A stretch of 64,000 nucleotides of DNA from an uncultured Acidobacteriota bacterium (GTDB taxonomy: Bacteria > Acidobacteriota > Terriglobia > Acidiferrales > UBA7541): contig CAWAFN010000005.1 in NCBI GenBank assembly GCA_963781385.1, positions 100,330 to 164,329 of the forward strand, in the 5' to 3' direction. The position numbers and the translations under genes are program-made. Numbering within the stretch: position 1 is the stretch's first letter; each line of letters begins with the position of its first letter. The notes beneath the pieces were generated by a model. It saw only the letters and a program-made list of their open reading frames with translations, searched no databases and was not told where the DNA came from. Below, one piece after another: positions 18,747 to 29,080 of the stretch.

Positions 18747-19940
18747 GTGAAGCTCACAGATCGCATTAACCGGATACAAATCTCGCCAACAGCAGCGGTA
18801 ATTTCCGCGGCGGACCAACTGAAAGCAAAGGGCGTGGACATCGCGGACTTCGGTCCGGGCGAACCGGACTTCGCCACGCCGGATCACATCAAGCAAGCGG
18901 CAATAAAAGCGATCAATGAAAACAAGACGAAGTACACGGCGACGCCGGGGATCATGCCGTTACGCGAAGCGATTTGCGCGTGGCACAAGCGGGAGTTGAA
19001 GTCTTGCTACGAGCCGAAAGAGTGCGTGGTGAATGTCGGCGGAAAGCACGCGATTTTCAATGTGGCGAGCGTGCTGGTACAAGCAGGCGACGAAGTGCTG
19101 ATTCCAGCGCCGTACTGGGTGAGTTTTCCCGACATTATCAAGTACACCGGTGCGACGCCGGTGTATGTGCAGACGAAAGTGGAAGACGGATTTGCGGTAA
19201 AAGCCGATGCGATCGAAAAAGCAATCACGCCGAAGACGCGACTGCTGATTCTGAATTCGCCGAGCAATCCGACAGGCGGAGTGACGCCGCCGGAAGAGTA
19301 CGAAAAGATTCTGGCGGTCTGCAAGAAAAACAATGTGTGGGTGATGGGCGACGAGTGCTATTCGCACTTCACGTACGAGCCGCACAAGCCGTACTCCATC
19401 GCGAGCGCGGCCGATTCAAAAAATCACGTCATTATCATCGGCTCAGTGTCGAAGACGTTCGCCATGACCGGATGGAGAATTGGGTACACGCTGGGGCCCG
19501 CGGAGTTGATTCAGGCCGTGGTGAAATTGCAGAGCCAGTCTACGTCGAATCCGACGTCGATTGCGCAGTATGCGGCGCACGCGGCGATGACCGGAACGAT
19601 GGACACGGTTCCGGTGATGCTGGCCGAATATGCGAAGCGCCGGAAGCGAATCGTGGAAGGGTTGAACGCGATTCCGGGAGTGATCTGCGCGGAGCCGGGC
19701 GGGGCGTTCTATGCGTTTCCGGATGTTTCGGCCCATTTGCGTGGGCCCAATGCGATTGCCAAGGACACGACGGAACTGGCGACGCTGCTTCTCGACAAAG
19801 CGCGGGTCGCGTTGGTAGCTGGCGATGCGTTTGGCGCCCCAGGATATTTGCGACTGTCGTACGCCACATCTATTGAACGCATTGACGAAGGTCTAGCAAG
19901 GCTGAATCACTTTTTCTCACGGGCCGAAGCTGCGGCCTAA
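18747..19940 (+). CDS. Class I/II PLP-dependent (aspartate-type) aminotransferase
   Basis: GEPDFATP, NSPSNPTG, DECY, SVSKTFAMTGWRIGY. Confidence 0.93.
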   Translation: MKLTDRINRIQISPTAAVISAADQLKAKGVDIADFGPGEPDFATPDHIKQAAIKAINENKTKYTATPGIMPLREAICAWHKRELKSCYEPKECVVNVGGKHAIFNVASVLVQAGDEVLIPAPYWVSFPDIIKYTGATPVYVQTKVEDGFAVKADAIEKAITPKTRLLILNSPSNPTGGVTPPEEYEKILAVCKKNNVWVMGDECYSHFTYEPHKPYSIASAADSKNHVIIIGSVSKTFAMTGWRIGYTLGPAELIQAVVKLQSQSTSNPTSIAQYAAHAAMTGTMDTVPVMLAEYAKRRKRIVEGLNAIPGVICAEPGGAFYAFPDVSAHLRGPNAIAKDTTELATLLLDKARVALVAGDAFGAPGYLRLSYATSIERIDEGLARLNHFFSRAEAAA

Positions 19941-19943
19941 TTT

Positions 19944-20960
19944 GTGAAGCCGGAACCATTTCGAATCGAGCCGGAATTTCGTCAGCGCATCTGGGGTGAA
20001 CTTTCTCTGGCTCCGATTTATCCTGAGAAAACAAATCTTGCGGAGCGGATCGGCGAAGCCTGGCTGACTGACGTGCAGTGCCGCATCGCCAACGGGCCTT
20101 TCGCCGGGAAAACACTGGGAGAAGCGTGGCACCAGATGCCTGCTAGCTGGCGCGGCGAGCGATTCTCTCCGAGCGAGCAGTTTCCACTGCTCGTGAAATT
20201 CATCTTCCCCGCCGACAAACTTTCGATACAGGTGCATCCTGACGACGCGTACGCGGCTGCGCACGAGAAGGCTGCGGGAGGAAGCGGCAAGACCGAGATG
20301 TGGCATGTGGTTTCAGCCAAGCCGGGCGCCACTTTGTTGGCCGGACTAAAAGCGGGAGTGACCAGGGAGTCGTTCGCCGCGGCGATTGCGGACGGAACGG
20401 TTGAGTCATTATTTCAATCGCATACGGCGCACGCCGGCGATACTTTCTATCTGCCTGCCGGCACCCCGCACACCGTTGGACCAAACATGATTCTTTGCGA
20501 GGTGCAGCAATATTCGGATTTGACCTACCGCGTGTATGACTACAACCGCCGGGACGAAAACGGAAAGCCGCGGGATTTGCACATCCAGAAAGCATTGGAC
20601 GTAATACGTTTCGGAGTGCAACAAGAAACGCGCGTTGCCAAGGACGCGTTCGAGCGCAGCGGCGAGCGGATCAGGACGCTGGTTCAATCGCCTTATTTTG
20701 AAGTAGTGAAGTGGGAGATGACTGGTACCAAGCTGCATTGCAATTTCGAAGATTCGGGATTGCTGGCGGGCCGGTTCATGGTATTGGTGGTCCTAGAAGG
20801 CAACGGAAACCTCGCGTGGTCATCCGTGAAAGAAGGCGACGGTTCGTCGCTGGAATTGAAGCGAGGCGAATGTTGGTTCACCCCTGCCGGAACGATGCGC
20901 GCCTGCTCGGTCTATCCGAAAGGTAATGTTTCGCTACTACTGGTGACAGTCGCTCGGTAG
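19944..20960 (+). CDS. manA: Class I mannose-6-phosphate isomerase
   Basis: RIWG, GEAW, LLVKFI..LSIQVHPDD, KTEMW, EVQQYSDLTYR. Confidence 0.9.
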   Translation: MKPEPFRIEPEFRQRIWGELSLAPIYPEKTNLAERIGEAWLTDVQCRIANGPFAGKTLGEAWHQMPASWRGERFSPSEQFPLLVKFIFPADKLSIQVHPDDAYAAAHEKAAGGSGKTEMWHVVSAKPGATLLAGLKAGVTRESFAAAIADGTVESLFQSHTAHAGDTFYLPAGTPHTVGPNMILCEVQQYSDLTYRVYDYNRRDENGKPRDLHIQKALDVIRFGVQQETRVAKDAFERSGERIRTLVQSPYFEVVKWEMTGTKLHCNFEDSGLLAGRFMVLVVLEGNGNLAWSSVKEGDGSSLELKRGECWFTPAGTMRACSVYPKGNVSLLLVTVAR

Positions 20961-20976
20961 TCAATCGAACAATTCT

Positions 20977-22089
20977 ATGTCCACTGAAAAACTTAGTACA
21001 CATGCGGTGATCCTGGCAGGTGGCCGGGGAACACGCTTCTGGCCGCGCAGCCGCACAAAAACTCCGAAACAACTTCTGAATATCGTTGGCAAGGGGACGA
21101 TGCTGGAGCAAACCATGGCCCGACTGCGGCCGCTGCTTCCATCGGAGCGAATCTGGACAGTCACAAACGCTGAGCAAGCGGCAGCGGTGAATAAGCAAGT
21201 TCCCGCAACTTCGCGCAAACGCGTGTTGGTGGAACCTTTCGGGCGCAATACTGCGGCGGCGATTGCACTCGCCGCGTTTCACATCCGCAGTGCGTCAAGA
21301 GGTGACGCCTTGATGGCGGTGCTTCCGGCGGACCATTACATTGCGCAAGCCGCTGAATACCGCAAAATCGTTTCCACTGCGCTGAAAGTCGCACGCGAAC
21401 CAGGGCGCATGGTGGTGCTGGGAATTCCTCCGACGCGGCCCGAAACGGGATTTGGTTACATCGAACGGTCGGAAGCGACCATCGGCGCGCACGGAATTCC
21501 GGTATATCCGGTAAAACGATTCGCTGAAAAGCCCGCGCTGGAAACCGCGAAGGAATATCTGGCTTCGGGAAATTATCAGTGGAACGCCGGAATGTTTTTC
21601 TGGAGGGTTTCGACTTTTCTGGACGCGCTGAAAAACTTTTTGCCGGCGACATTCAACGCGTTGGAATCGCTGTCAACGACGATAGGCAAGCGCAACTATG
21701 CGTCGCAATTGAAGAAGATTTACGGAAAACTTGAAAACATTTCAGTGGATTGCGCCATTCTGGAACCCGCCACTGCCGAAGAGGCGGCACCGAGCGTTTT
21801 CGTAATACCGGCTGAAATTGGTTGGAGCGACATTGGCTCGTGGGCCGCAGTTTACGAGCTACTGGCCAAGCAGCCGGGTGAAAATATTTTTAGCGGTGCA
21901 GGTCATGCAGTCGATGCCAACGGAAATTTTCTTTCAACCTCGGGCAAATTCGTTGCAGCAGTGGGCGTGAAGGATTTAGTGGTGGTGGAAACCGCGGATG
22001 CGCTGCTTATTTGCCCCAGAGAACGCGCGCAAGATGTGGGAAAAATCGTGAAGTGGCTGGAAGCGCAGAAACTCAACAAGTTGTTGTAG
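20977..22089 (+). CDS. manC: Mannose-1-phosphate guanylyltransferase
   Basis: ILAGGRGTRFWPRSR..PKQLL, GRNTAAAIA, FAEKP, WSDIGSW. Confidence 0.93.
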   Translation: MSTEKLSTHAVILAGGRGTRFWPRSRTKTPKQLLNIVGKGTMLEQTMARLRPLLPSERIWTVTNAEQAAAVNKQVPATSRKRVLVEPFGRNTAAAIALAAFHIRSASRGDALMAVLPADHYIAQAAEYRKIVSTALKVAREPGRMVVLGIPPTRPETGFGYIERSEATIGAHGIPVYPVKRFAEKPALETAKEYLASGNYQWNAGMFFWRVSTFLDALKNFLPATFNALESLSTTIGKRNYASQLKKIYGKLENISVDCAILEPATAEEAAPSVFVIPAEIGWSDIGSWAAVYELLAKQPGENIFSGAGHAVDANGNFLSTSGKFVAAVGVKDLVVVETADALLICPRERAQDVGKIVKWLEAQKLNKLL

Positions 22090-22191
22090 TTTTCTCATTT
22101 GCATTCCTCCAGAGATTCATGAATCTGGGAGCGGGCCAATCCGGCTGTTTCGTTCTAAGTCGCCTCGCGTATACTCACTGTTCGGAATCCC

Positions 22192-23613
22192 ATGAGCGCA
22201 ATTAAATTTGGCACGGACGGCTGGCGCGGCATTATTGCCGAAGATTTTACGTTCGAAAACGCGCGGCTTGTCGCGCACGCGATCGCGCGCTACGTGGTTC
22301 GCAGCGAAGACGCTCGCAAAGGCGTCATCGTCGGCTATGACAACCGCTATTTGGCGGACACAATTGCGAAACAGGCAGCGGAAGTGATTTCTTCGACGGG
22401 AACGCCGGTGTGGCTCGCGGACCGGCCCTGCCCGACGCCTGCAATTTCGTTGTTGGTGCGGGAACGAAGTGCGGCGGGTGGCGTGATGGTAACTGCGAGC
22501 CACAATCCATATCAGTGGAACGGAATCAAGTATAAGGCCAGCTATGGAAGCAGCGCGCTGCCGTCCATCGTTGCGCAAATTGAACGAGAGCTGGAGGTCG
22601 TTGAATCCTCAAGTATTCCGGTGCTGCCGACACGCGGAGATTTGATTCGTCCGCTTGATCCCCGAAAACCCTATCTGGATACGCTGGAAAAACTTGTCGA
22701 TTGGGATCGCATCCGCAAATCCGGTTTTCGTTTTGCGTTTGATGCCATGCACGGGTCGGCCGCGGGATTGCTGCCGGAACTTTTCCAGCGCCACGCAATC
22801 GAATGCGAAGAAATTCGTGGGACGCGCGATCCGCGATTTGGAGGAGCGCATCCAGAACCGATCGAGCCGCATATCGCGCCGCTGCAAAAGGCGGTTACCA
22901 GCGGGAAATATGACGCAGGTTTCGCAGCGGATGGAGACGGCGACCGGATCGGAGCGGTGGATCGAACGGGCGCGTTCGTAAATCCGCACCAGATTTTCGC
23001 GCTTCTGGTATGGCATCTGGCGGGCATGCGCAATCTTCCGGGAGAAATTGCCAAGACCTTTTCAGTGACGAAATTGATCGACAAGCTTGCCGCGAAATTG
23101 GGACGCAAGCTGCACGAACTCCCTATCGGCTTCAAATACGTGTGCGAGTTGATGCTCGAACAAAATATTCTGATCGGCGGCGAAGAGAGCGGCGGAATCG
23201 GAACGAGCCTATATCTTCCGGAGCGCGATGCTACTGTGTCCGCATTGTTTCTGGCAGAGCTGATGGCCTGGCACGGAAAATCGCTCGGAGAAATGCTGAC
23301 GAATCTTCATCGAGAATTCGGTGATTTTCACTACCGCCGGGTGGACCTAGACGTGACTGCGCGACAAAAAGACCAAGCGATCGCCTGGTTTTCAGACAAC
23401 TCGACCAGCAAAATCGGCAAATGGCGTGTCGCGAACCGCGAATCGATAGACGGCGTGAAACTCTATCTGAGCGATTCTGGCGCAGAAATTGGCTGGGTGC
23501 TTGTGCGTGCTTCTGGCACGGAAAATCTTTTGCGTGTTTATTCCGAGACTTCGCTGCCGGAAACAACCGAAAGTGTTCTGGACGCTGTAAAAAGTCACGT
23601 CCGCAGTTTTTAG
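22192..23613 (+). CDS. manB: Phosphomannomutase/phosphoglucomutase
   Basis: FGTDGWRG, TASHNP (phospho-Ser), DGDGDR, GGEESGG, RASGTE. Confidence 0.9.
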   Translation: MSAIKFGTDGWRGIIAEDFTFENARLVAHAIARYVVRSEDARKGVIVGYDNRYLADTIAKQAAEVISSTGTPVWLADRPCPTPAISLLVRERSAAGGVMVTASHNPYQWNGIKYKASYGSSALPSIVAQIERELEVVESSSIPVLPTRGDLIRPLDPRKPYLDTLEKLVDWDRIRKSGFRFAFDAMHGSAAGLLPELFQRHAIECEEIRGTRDPRFGGAHPEPIEPHIAPLQKAVTSGKYDAGFAADGDGDRIGAVDRTGAFVNPHQIFALLVWHLAGMRNLPGEIAKTFSVTKLIDKLAAKLGRKLHELPIGFKYVCELMLEQNILIGGEESGGIGTSLYLPERDATVSALFLAELMAWHGKSLGEMLTNLHREFGDFHYRRVDLDVTARQKDQAIAWFSDNSTSKIGKWRVANRESIDGVKLYLSDSGAEIGWVLVRASGTENLLRVYSETSLPETTESVLDAVKSHVRSF

Positions 23614-23635
23614 TCATTGCATAAGGACGAAGAAG

Positions 23636-23995
23636 ATGAAGACTATCAACGTTGCCGCGAAGTTTTCTCAATTCAATGAGTTCTATCAACCTAGAATTCT
23701 GGGCGAAATAAACGACAGTTACGTGAAAGCGGTGAAGCTCAAGGGCGCATTCGTCTGGCACCACCACGATCACGAAGATGAAATGTTCCTGGTTGTGAAA
23801 GGATTGCTCAAGATGCAATTCCGGAATCACGAAGAGCTGGTCCGCCCGGGAGAATTCATCATCGTGCCGCGCGGAGTGGAGCATTTGCCTTCCGCAGAAG
23901 AAGAAACGCACATCCTGCTGTTCGAGCCAAAAACCACGTTGAATACGGGAAATATTGTTAGTGAAAGGACCGTCGCAAATCTGGAGAAGGTATAA
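23636..23995 (+). CDS. Cupin-domain protein
   Basis: GAFVWHHHDHEDEMF..IVPRGVEH cupin motifs. Confidence 0.88.
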   Translation: MKTINVAAKFSQFNEFYQPRILGEINDSYVKAVKLKGAFVWHHHDHEDEMFLVVKGLLKMQFRNHEELVRPGEFIIVPRGVEHLPSAEEETHILLFEPKTTLNTGNIVSERTVANLEKV

Positions 23996-24016
23996 GCCAG
24001 TCTTGCCGGACACACC

Positions 24017-24892
24017 ATGAGCCATCGCTTTTACACATTGGATGTTTTTACTTCGACGCGATTCGAGGGAAATCCGCTAGCCGTCTTTACCGACGGCGAC
24101 GGGCTCTCCGACAATGCGATGCAAGCCATCGCACGTGAAATGAATTTATCGGAAACCGTGTTCGTGCAGAAACCTACGGACGACCGCGCGCTCGCGCGGC
24201 TGAGAATCTTTACCACGCGCGAAGAGCTTAAGCTGGCCGGTCATCCGGTTATCGGCACCTGGTTCTTGTTGGCGGAGCTGGGCGTAGTACCCGCACAGGA
24301 AGGCGGCGTGCACGTTCTGCAGCAAACGGGAGCGGGAGTGTTGCCGGTGGAAATTCGCTTTAAAGACGGACGGCCGCAACGCGTCACGATGACGCAGAAA
24401 GAAGCGCAGTTTAAGCCGCTGAAGGTTCCGACCACGGCGCTGGCCAAGGCTCTTGGCTTGTCTGCAAAGGATTTCGATTCGTCGCTTGAACCGACTTGTG
24501 TTTCAACCGGGGTGTTCAATCTGATGGTGCCGCTGCGAAATCGCACAGCTTTGGAAAAGATTGAGATGAACATGTCGGAGCTGCGGCGCTTGATCGGGAA
24601 AAACGCAACGATGGCGTACTGCTTCGCGCTGGGAGGAAACGGAAAAGCGTTCACACGCGGGATGCTGCCGTGGGAATTGTATGAAGACGCGGCAACAGGA
24701 TCGGCAGCGGGCTCGCTGGGAGCTTTTCTGGTAAAGAACGGGAAGCTCGGCGCGGGACATACGCTTCACATTACGCAGGGAGCGGAGATGGGCAGGCCGA
24801 GCCAGATCGAAGTGGAAGTAACGCAGTCTGGAACAAAATTGATTCCGCGGGTGAGCGGGGCTGCGGTGCGCGTATTCGAGGGAACGATTTAG
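24017..24892 (+). CDS. PhzF-family epimerase/isomerase
   Basis: GNPLAVF, NLSETVF, RIFT..ELKLAGHP, EDAATGSAAG. Confidence 0.9.
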   Translation: MSHRFYTLDVFTSTRFEGNPLAVFTDGDGLSDNAMQAIAREMNLSETVFVQKPTDDRALARLRIFTTREELKLAGHPVIGTWFLLAELGVVPAQEGGVHVLQQTGAGVLPVEIRFKDGRPQRVTMTQKEAQFKPLKVPTTALAKALGLSAKDFDSSLEPTCVSTGVFNLMVPLRNRTALEKIEMNMSELRRLIGKNATMAYCFALGGNGKAFTRGMLPWELYEDAATGSAAGSLGAFLVKNGKLGAGHTLHITQGAEMGRPSQIEVEVTQSGTKLIPRVSGAAVRVFEGTI

Positions 24893-24898
24893 CGCGCC

Positions 24899-25366
24899 TT
24901 ACAACTTGTGACGTTTCGCGTCAGCCGCGTGCGAGTCCGCCGAAGCGGTTTTTTTCTGCGTTTGCGCTTTGCTCGCCGCGTCCAACACTCCATTTACGAA
25001 CGAGCCCGCGTCATCTCCGGAAAACTTTTTCGCCAATCCTATCGCTTCATTGATGATCACTTTTGCGGGCGTCTTCTTCATGGAAAGTTCATGAAATGCC
25101 AGGCGAAGAATTGCCCGATCGATGGCAGACAAGCGATCGAAACGCCAGTTGTCGCAATACTTTGCAATCACCGTGTCGAGATCTTTCACGGTTCGCACGG
25201 CGCCTTCGAAAAGCTGGTTCGCGAATTTCTCGGTGTTCTCGGAAGCCGTCGCGCCCTTCCAGAACTTGATTTCAAGTTTGCGCGTGTCTTGCGGGCTCAT
25301 TTCCCACTGAAACAGCATTTGCATCGCGAATTGACGTGATTTTGTACGGAGTCCGATGGCCGTCAT
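24899..25366 (-). CDS. nusB: Transcription antitermination factor NusB
   Basis: RTKSRQFAMQMLFQ, RLSAIDRAILRL, INEAIGLAKKF, FVNGVLD. Confidence 0.96.
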   Translation of the reverse strand: MTAIGLRTKSRQFAMQMLFQWEMSPQDTRKLEIKFWKGATASENTEKFANQLFEGAVRTVKDLDTVIAKYCDNWRFDRLSAIDRAILRLAFHELSMKKTPAKVIINEAIGLAKKFSGDDAGSFVNGVLDAASKAQTQKKTASADSHAADAKRHKL

Positions 25367-25896
25367 TTGCGCCGCACTTTTTTGACAGTCGAACTTGAGG
25401 TAGAAGACGCGGCCGCTCTGAGCTTACAGGAGAGCTGCGCCATTTCGACTGCCGCCAGTCCTGCTTCGAATCCCTTGTTGCCGCCTTTCAGGCCCGCGCG
25501 ATCAATCGCTTGCTCAAGCGTGTCGCAGGTAAGCACGCAGAAAATCACTGGAACGCCGGTGTCCATCTGCGCCAACTGCAAGCCGCGCGACGTCTCCGAG
25601 CAGACGTAATCGTAATGAGCTGTTTCTCCGCGCAGGACGCAGCCAATCGCGACAATGGAATCGTATTTCCCGGTCTGCGCCAATTTTTTGGCACTGAGCG
25701 GGAGTTCAAACGCGCCGGGAACGGGAACGACGTCGACATCGCCGCCAGCCGCGCCAGAACGTTCGAGCGCATCGATTGCGGCAGAAAGGAGGCGGTCGGT
25801 GATGAAACTGTTAAAGCGGCTGACGGTAATCGCGAAACGCAATCCGCCAGCACTCAAGCTGCCTTGAATCTTCCCGGGCTGTAATTTTTCCGCCAT
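25363..25896 (-). CDS. ribH: 6,7-dimethyl-8-ribityllumazine synthase
   Basis: VSRFNSFIT, VPGAFELP, GETAHYDYV, GGNKGFEA. Confidence 0.97.
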   Translation of the reverse strand: MAEKLQPGKIQGSLSAGGLRFAITVSRFNSFITDRLLSAAIDALERSGAAGGDVDVVPVPGAFELPLSAKKLAQTGKYDSIVAIGCVLRGETAHYDYVCSETSRGLQLAQMDTGVPVIFCVLTCDTLEQAIDRAGLKGGNKGFEAGLAAVEMAQLSCKLRAAASSTSSSTVKKVRRK

Positions 25897-25926
25897 TCTT
25901 AATTTCGCATTCGCCTCAATTTGGTT

Positions 25927-26709
25927 TTACTTGCCCTTGAACGCAGCCGGCCGCTTTTCCAGAAACGCCCTAGTGCCTTCGCGCATATCCTCGGTAGCAC
26001 AGGCTACCCCGAACAACGTGGCTTCCAGAAAAAGTCCTTCCTCGAGAGGCATCTCGACACCGCGTTCGATGGCTTCCATCGTAAATTTCACGGCGAGCGG
26101 TCCGTTGGCGATAATCTTCTTCGCCATGGCTTCGGCCGCGGGCAGCAATTCCGCCGGCTCGTAAACGTGATTCACCAGCCCGATGCGCATCGCGTCTTCG
26201 GCGGTAATCATTTCGCCGGTAAGGCACAGTTCGTGCGCCACGCCTTTCCCGCACAGGCGCGTGAGCCGCTGCGAACCTCCATAGCCGGGCAAAATGCCGA
26301 GTTTTACTTCAGGCTGACCGAGCTTCGCATTTTTGCTGGCGATGCGGATCGAACAACTGAGAGCGAGTTCGCAGCCGCCGCCAAGCGCGAAGCCGTTGAT
26401 TGCGCATATCGATGGCTTGCCCATGGTTTCCAGCAAATGAAAAACGCTCTGGCCAAAAAGTGAAAATTCTTTTCCGCCGACGGGCGTCTGCTGGGAAAGT
26501 TCGCCGATGTCGGCTCCCGCGACGAATGCTTTTTCGCCGGCACCGGTCAAAATGATCGCTCGCACGCTAAAGTCTTCGCGTACATCAAGAAGTGCGCTCT
26601 GCAATTCTTCCACCGTCTTGCGGTTCAACGCATTTAGCACCTTGGGGCGATTGAAGGTGATGGTGGCGATGCCTTCTTTTTTTTCCAACAGAATATTTTC
26701 GTAGCTCAT
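25927..26709 (-). CDS. Enoyl-CoA hydratase (crotonase)
   Basis: AFVAGADI, NGFALGGGCEL, GQPEVKLGILPGYGGSQRL. Confidence 0.95.
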   Translation of the reverse strand: MSYENILLEKKEGIATITFNRPKVLNALNRKTVEELQSALLDVREDFSVRAIILTGAGEKAFVAGADIGELSQQTPVGGKEFSLFGQSVFHLLETMGKPSICAINGFALGGGCELALSCSIRIASKNAKLGQPEVKLGILPGYGGSQRLTRLCGKGVAHELCLTGEMITAEDAMRIGLVNHVYEPAELLPAAEAMAKKIIANGPLAVKFTMEAIERGVEMPLEEGLFLEATLFGVACATEDMREGTRAFLEKRPAAFKGK

Positions 26710-26761
26710 TGCCAGTTTCTCGTCTTGACTCTGTTTTTAACGTTCGCAGATGCGAACTTGA

Positions 26762-27643
26762 TTACAACTTCGTTGCGACCGGCTTTTGCGCATCTGCATA
26801 GTCATAGAATCCCCGTCCAGCCTTGCGCCCGTTCCATCCGGCGAGCACCATGCGCTTCAGCAGTGGCGGCGCGGCAAAACGGCGTTCCTTAAATTCGTCA
26901 AACATGATTTGCGAAATGTAATAAGTCGTATCGAGTCCGACGAAGTCCAGCAATGTCAGCGGACCCATCGGGTAGCCGCAGCCCAACTTCATCGAGTTGT
27001 CGATGTCTTCAATGGAGCCAACGCCCTCTTCCAACGCGCGAATCGCATCAAGAAGATAAGGAACCAGCAGGCGGTTCACGATAAATCCGGGGGAATCGTT
27101 GGCGCGGACAGCGGTTTTGCCGAGCTTGGTGCCGAACGCGACGATTTCCTCGTACACCGCGGCGTCGGTAGCAATCGTGCGGACGACTTCCACCAACTTC
27201 ATCACCGGAACGGGATTGAAAAAGTGCAGGCCCACGAAACGCTGCGGGCGTCTAGTAGCCGTGGCAATTTCCGTGATAGTGAGAGAGGAGGTGTTGCTGG
27301 CAAAAATTGTTTTGTGGTGGCAAAGATGATCGAGCGAATCGAAGAGTTCGCGCTTTGCCGGAAGTTGCTCGATGATTGCTTCAATTACCAGATCGCATTC
27401 CTTCAGATCCTCAATGACGGTGGTGCCTTTGAGTCGGCCACGAATTTCAGATTTCGCGGCTTCCGTGATGGTTCCCTTTTCCACCAGCCGCGCAAGATTC
27501 TTCTCGATGTTTTTGATGCCCTTGTCAAGATATTCGGGACTGACTTCGCGAACCATCGTTGAAAATCCCGCCGCCGCGCATACTTGCGCGATGCCCGAGC
27601 CCATCAAACCACACCCGACGACTCCTACGTTTTCGATCGCCAT
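26762..27643 (-). CDS. 3-hydroxybutyryl/3-hydroxyacyl-CoA dehydrogenase
   Basis: GCGLMGSGIA, SNTSSL, GLHFFNPVPVM, PGFIVNRLL, MGPLTLLDFVGLD. Confidence 0.95.
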   Translation of the reverse strand: MAIENVGVVGCGLMGSGIAQVCAAAGFSTMVREVSPEYLDKGIKNIEKNLARLVEKGTITEAAKSEIRGRLKGTTVIEDLKECDLVIEAIIEQLPAKRELFDSLDHLCHHKTIFASNTSSLTITEIATATRRPQRFVGLHFFNPVPVMKLVEVVRTIATDAAVYEEIVAFGTKLGKTAVRANDSPGFIVNRLLVPYLLDAIRALEEGVGSIEDIDNSMKLGCGYPMGPLTLLDFVGLDTTYYISQIMFDEFKERRFAAPPLLKRMVLAGWNGRKAGRGFYDYADAQKPVATKL

Positions 27644-27779
27644 TCATTTCCTCGTTTGAACTTGCGGGGAGGTCCCCGTCCGGCTCGCCCCAGAGCCGGA
27701 ACAGAGAGTGTACCAAACTCCGGTCAATTGCCTCGATGTCAGCAGACCATCGGCTAAACCGACTCGCTGGCCGCGGTAA

Positions 27780-28967
27780 TTACGCTAGGTTCTCCACGAT
27801 CATCGCGATACCCTGCCCACCGCCGATGCATGCGGTCGCCAACCCATAGCGCAGGTTGTTGCGGCGAAGTTCGTTCAACAAAGTAATCACCAGCCGCGTA
27901 CCAGAAGCTCCAAGCGGATGCCCGAGCGCGATCGCACCACCGTTGACGTTGGTTTTTTCCCTGGTGAGTCCGAGACCTTTCTCGACCGCCAAATATTGCG
28001 CAGCGAACGCTTCGTTCACTTCCACGCGATCCATCTGCCCGATCGTGAGTCCTGCGAACTTCAAAGCCTGTTGCGAACCCGGTACTGGTCCAATTCCCAT
28101 GATGCTCGGATCGACTCCCACCGTGGCCCAGGAAATAATTCGGCCCATCGGCTTCAGTCCGCGGTCCTTCGCTGTTTTCTCCCGCGTCACAACAACCGCC
28201 GCCGCGCCATCAACAATTCCGCTGGCGTTGCCGGCTGTGACGATGCCATCTTTTTTGAATGAAGGCGAAAGTTTTTCAAGAATTTCCATGGTAGTGTCCG
28301 GACGGCGATGATCGTCTTCGCTCACAGTGATGGTCTTCTTTCCCTGCTTCACTTCCACCGTCACCAATTCTTCTTTCATGCGCCCGGCTTTGTATGCCGC
28401 ATCGGCGGCCTGCTGGCTGCGCAAAGCGTATGCGTCCGCATCCTTACGCGTAACGCCGAATTGTTCAGCTAGTTTTTCCGCCGTGAGCGCCATGGGAAGT
28501 CCACAGTAAGTGTCCGTGAGGCCAACCATCAGCGAATCTTCCAACACACCGCCGCCAAGTTTCAGTCCGTTGCGCAATCCGCGGATGACGAAAGGAGCTT
28601 GCGTCATATTCTCCATGCCACCGGCGAGGACTAGTTCGCTCTCGCCGAGGAGCAAGCGCTGCGCCGCTTGCGCGATGGCTTCGATTCCCGAGCCGCAAAG
28701 GCGATTTACGGTCACAGCAGGAGTCTCTGTTTTTAGCCCGGCTTTCAATGCAACGTGCCGCGCGCCGTAGAGCGCATCGGCGCTGGTCTGCATGACATTG
28801 CCGAAAATGGCGTGGTCGAATCCGGCGGGATCGACTTTGCAACGCGCTATCGCCTCTTTGGAGGCAGCAGCGGCAAGATCAATCGCCGATACATCTGAAA
28901 ACGCTCCGGTGTAACGCGACATCGGCGTGCGCGCAGCTGCCACAATCACTACGTCTGTTGGAAACAT
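27780..28967 (-). CDS. Acetyl-CoA acetyltransferase (thiolase)
   Basis: NRLCGSG (Cys), NEAFAAQ, GHPLGASG, CIGGGQG. Confidence 0.96.
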   Translation of the reverse strand: MFPTDVVIVAAARTPMSRYTGAFSDVSAIDLAAAASKEAIARCKVDPAGFDHAIFGNVMQTSADALYGARHVALKAGLKTETPAVTVNRLCGSGIEAIAQAAQRLLLGESELVLAGGMENMTQAPFVIRGLRNGLKLGGGVLEDSLMVGLTDTYCGLPMALTAEKLAEQFGVTRKDADAYALRSQQAADAAYKAGRMKEELVTVEVKQGKKTITVSEDDHRRPDTTMEILEKLSPSFKKDGIVTAGNASGIVDGAAAVVVTREKTAKDRGLKPMGRIISWATVGVDPSIMGIGPVPGSQQALKFAGLTIGQMDRVEVNEAFAAQYLAVEKGLGLTREKTNVNGGAIALGHPLGASGTRLVITLLNELRRNNLRYGLATACIGGGQGIAMIVENLA

Positions 28968-29080
28968 TCTGATCCTCGTTCAACTTTTTTCGTAAGGCCA
29001 AGCCAGGTAGAAACGGCGGCGCTTCCCTGTTTAAGATGCGCCAATTCAAAAAGCGTTTCTTTCTCGCAAAATCCGCGCGC

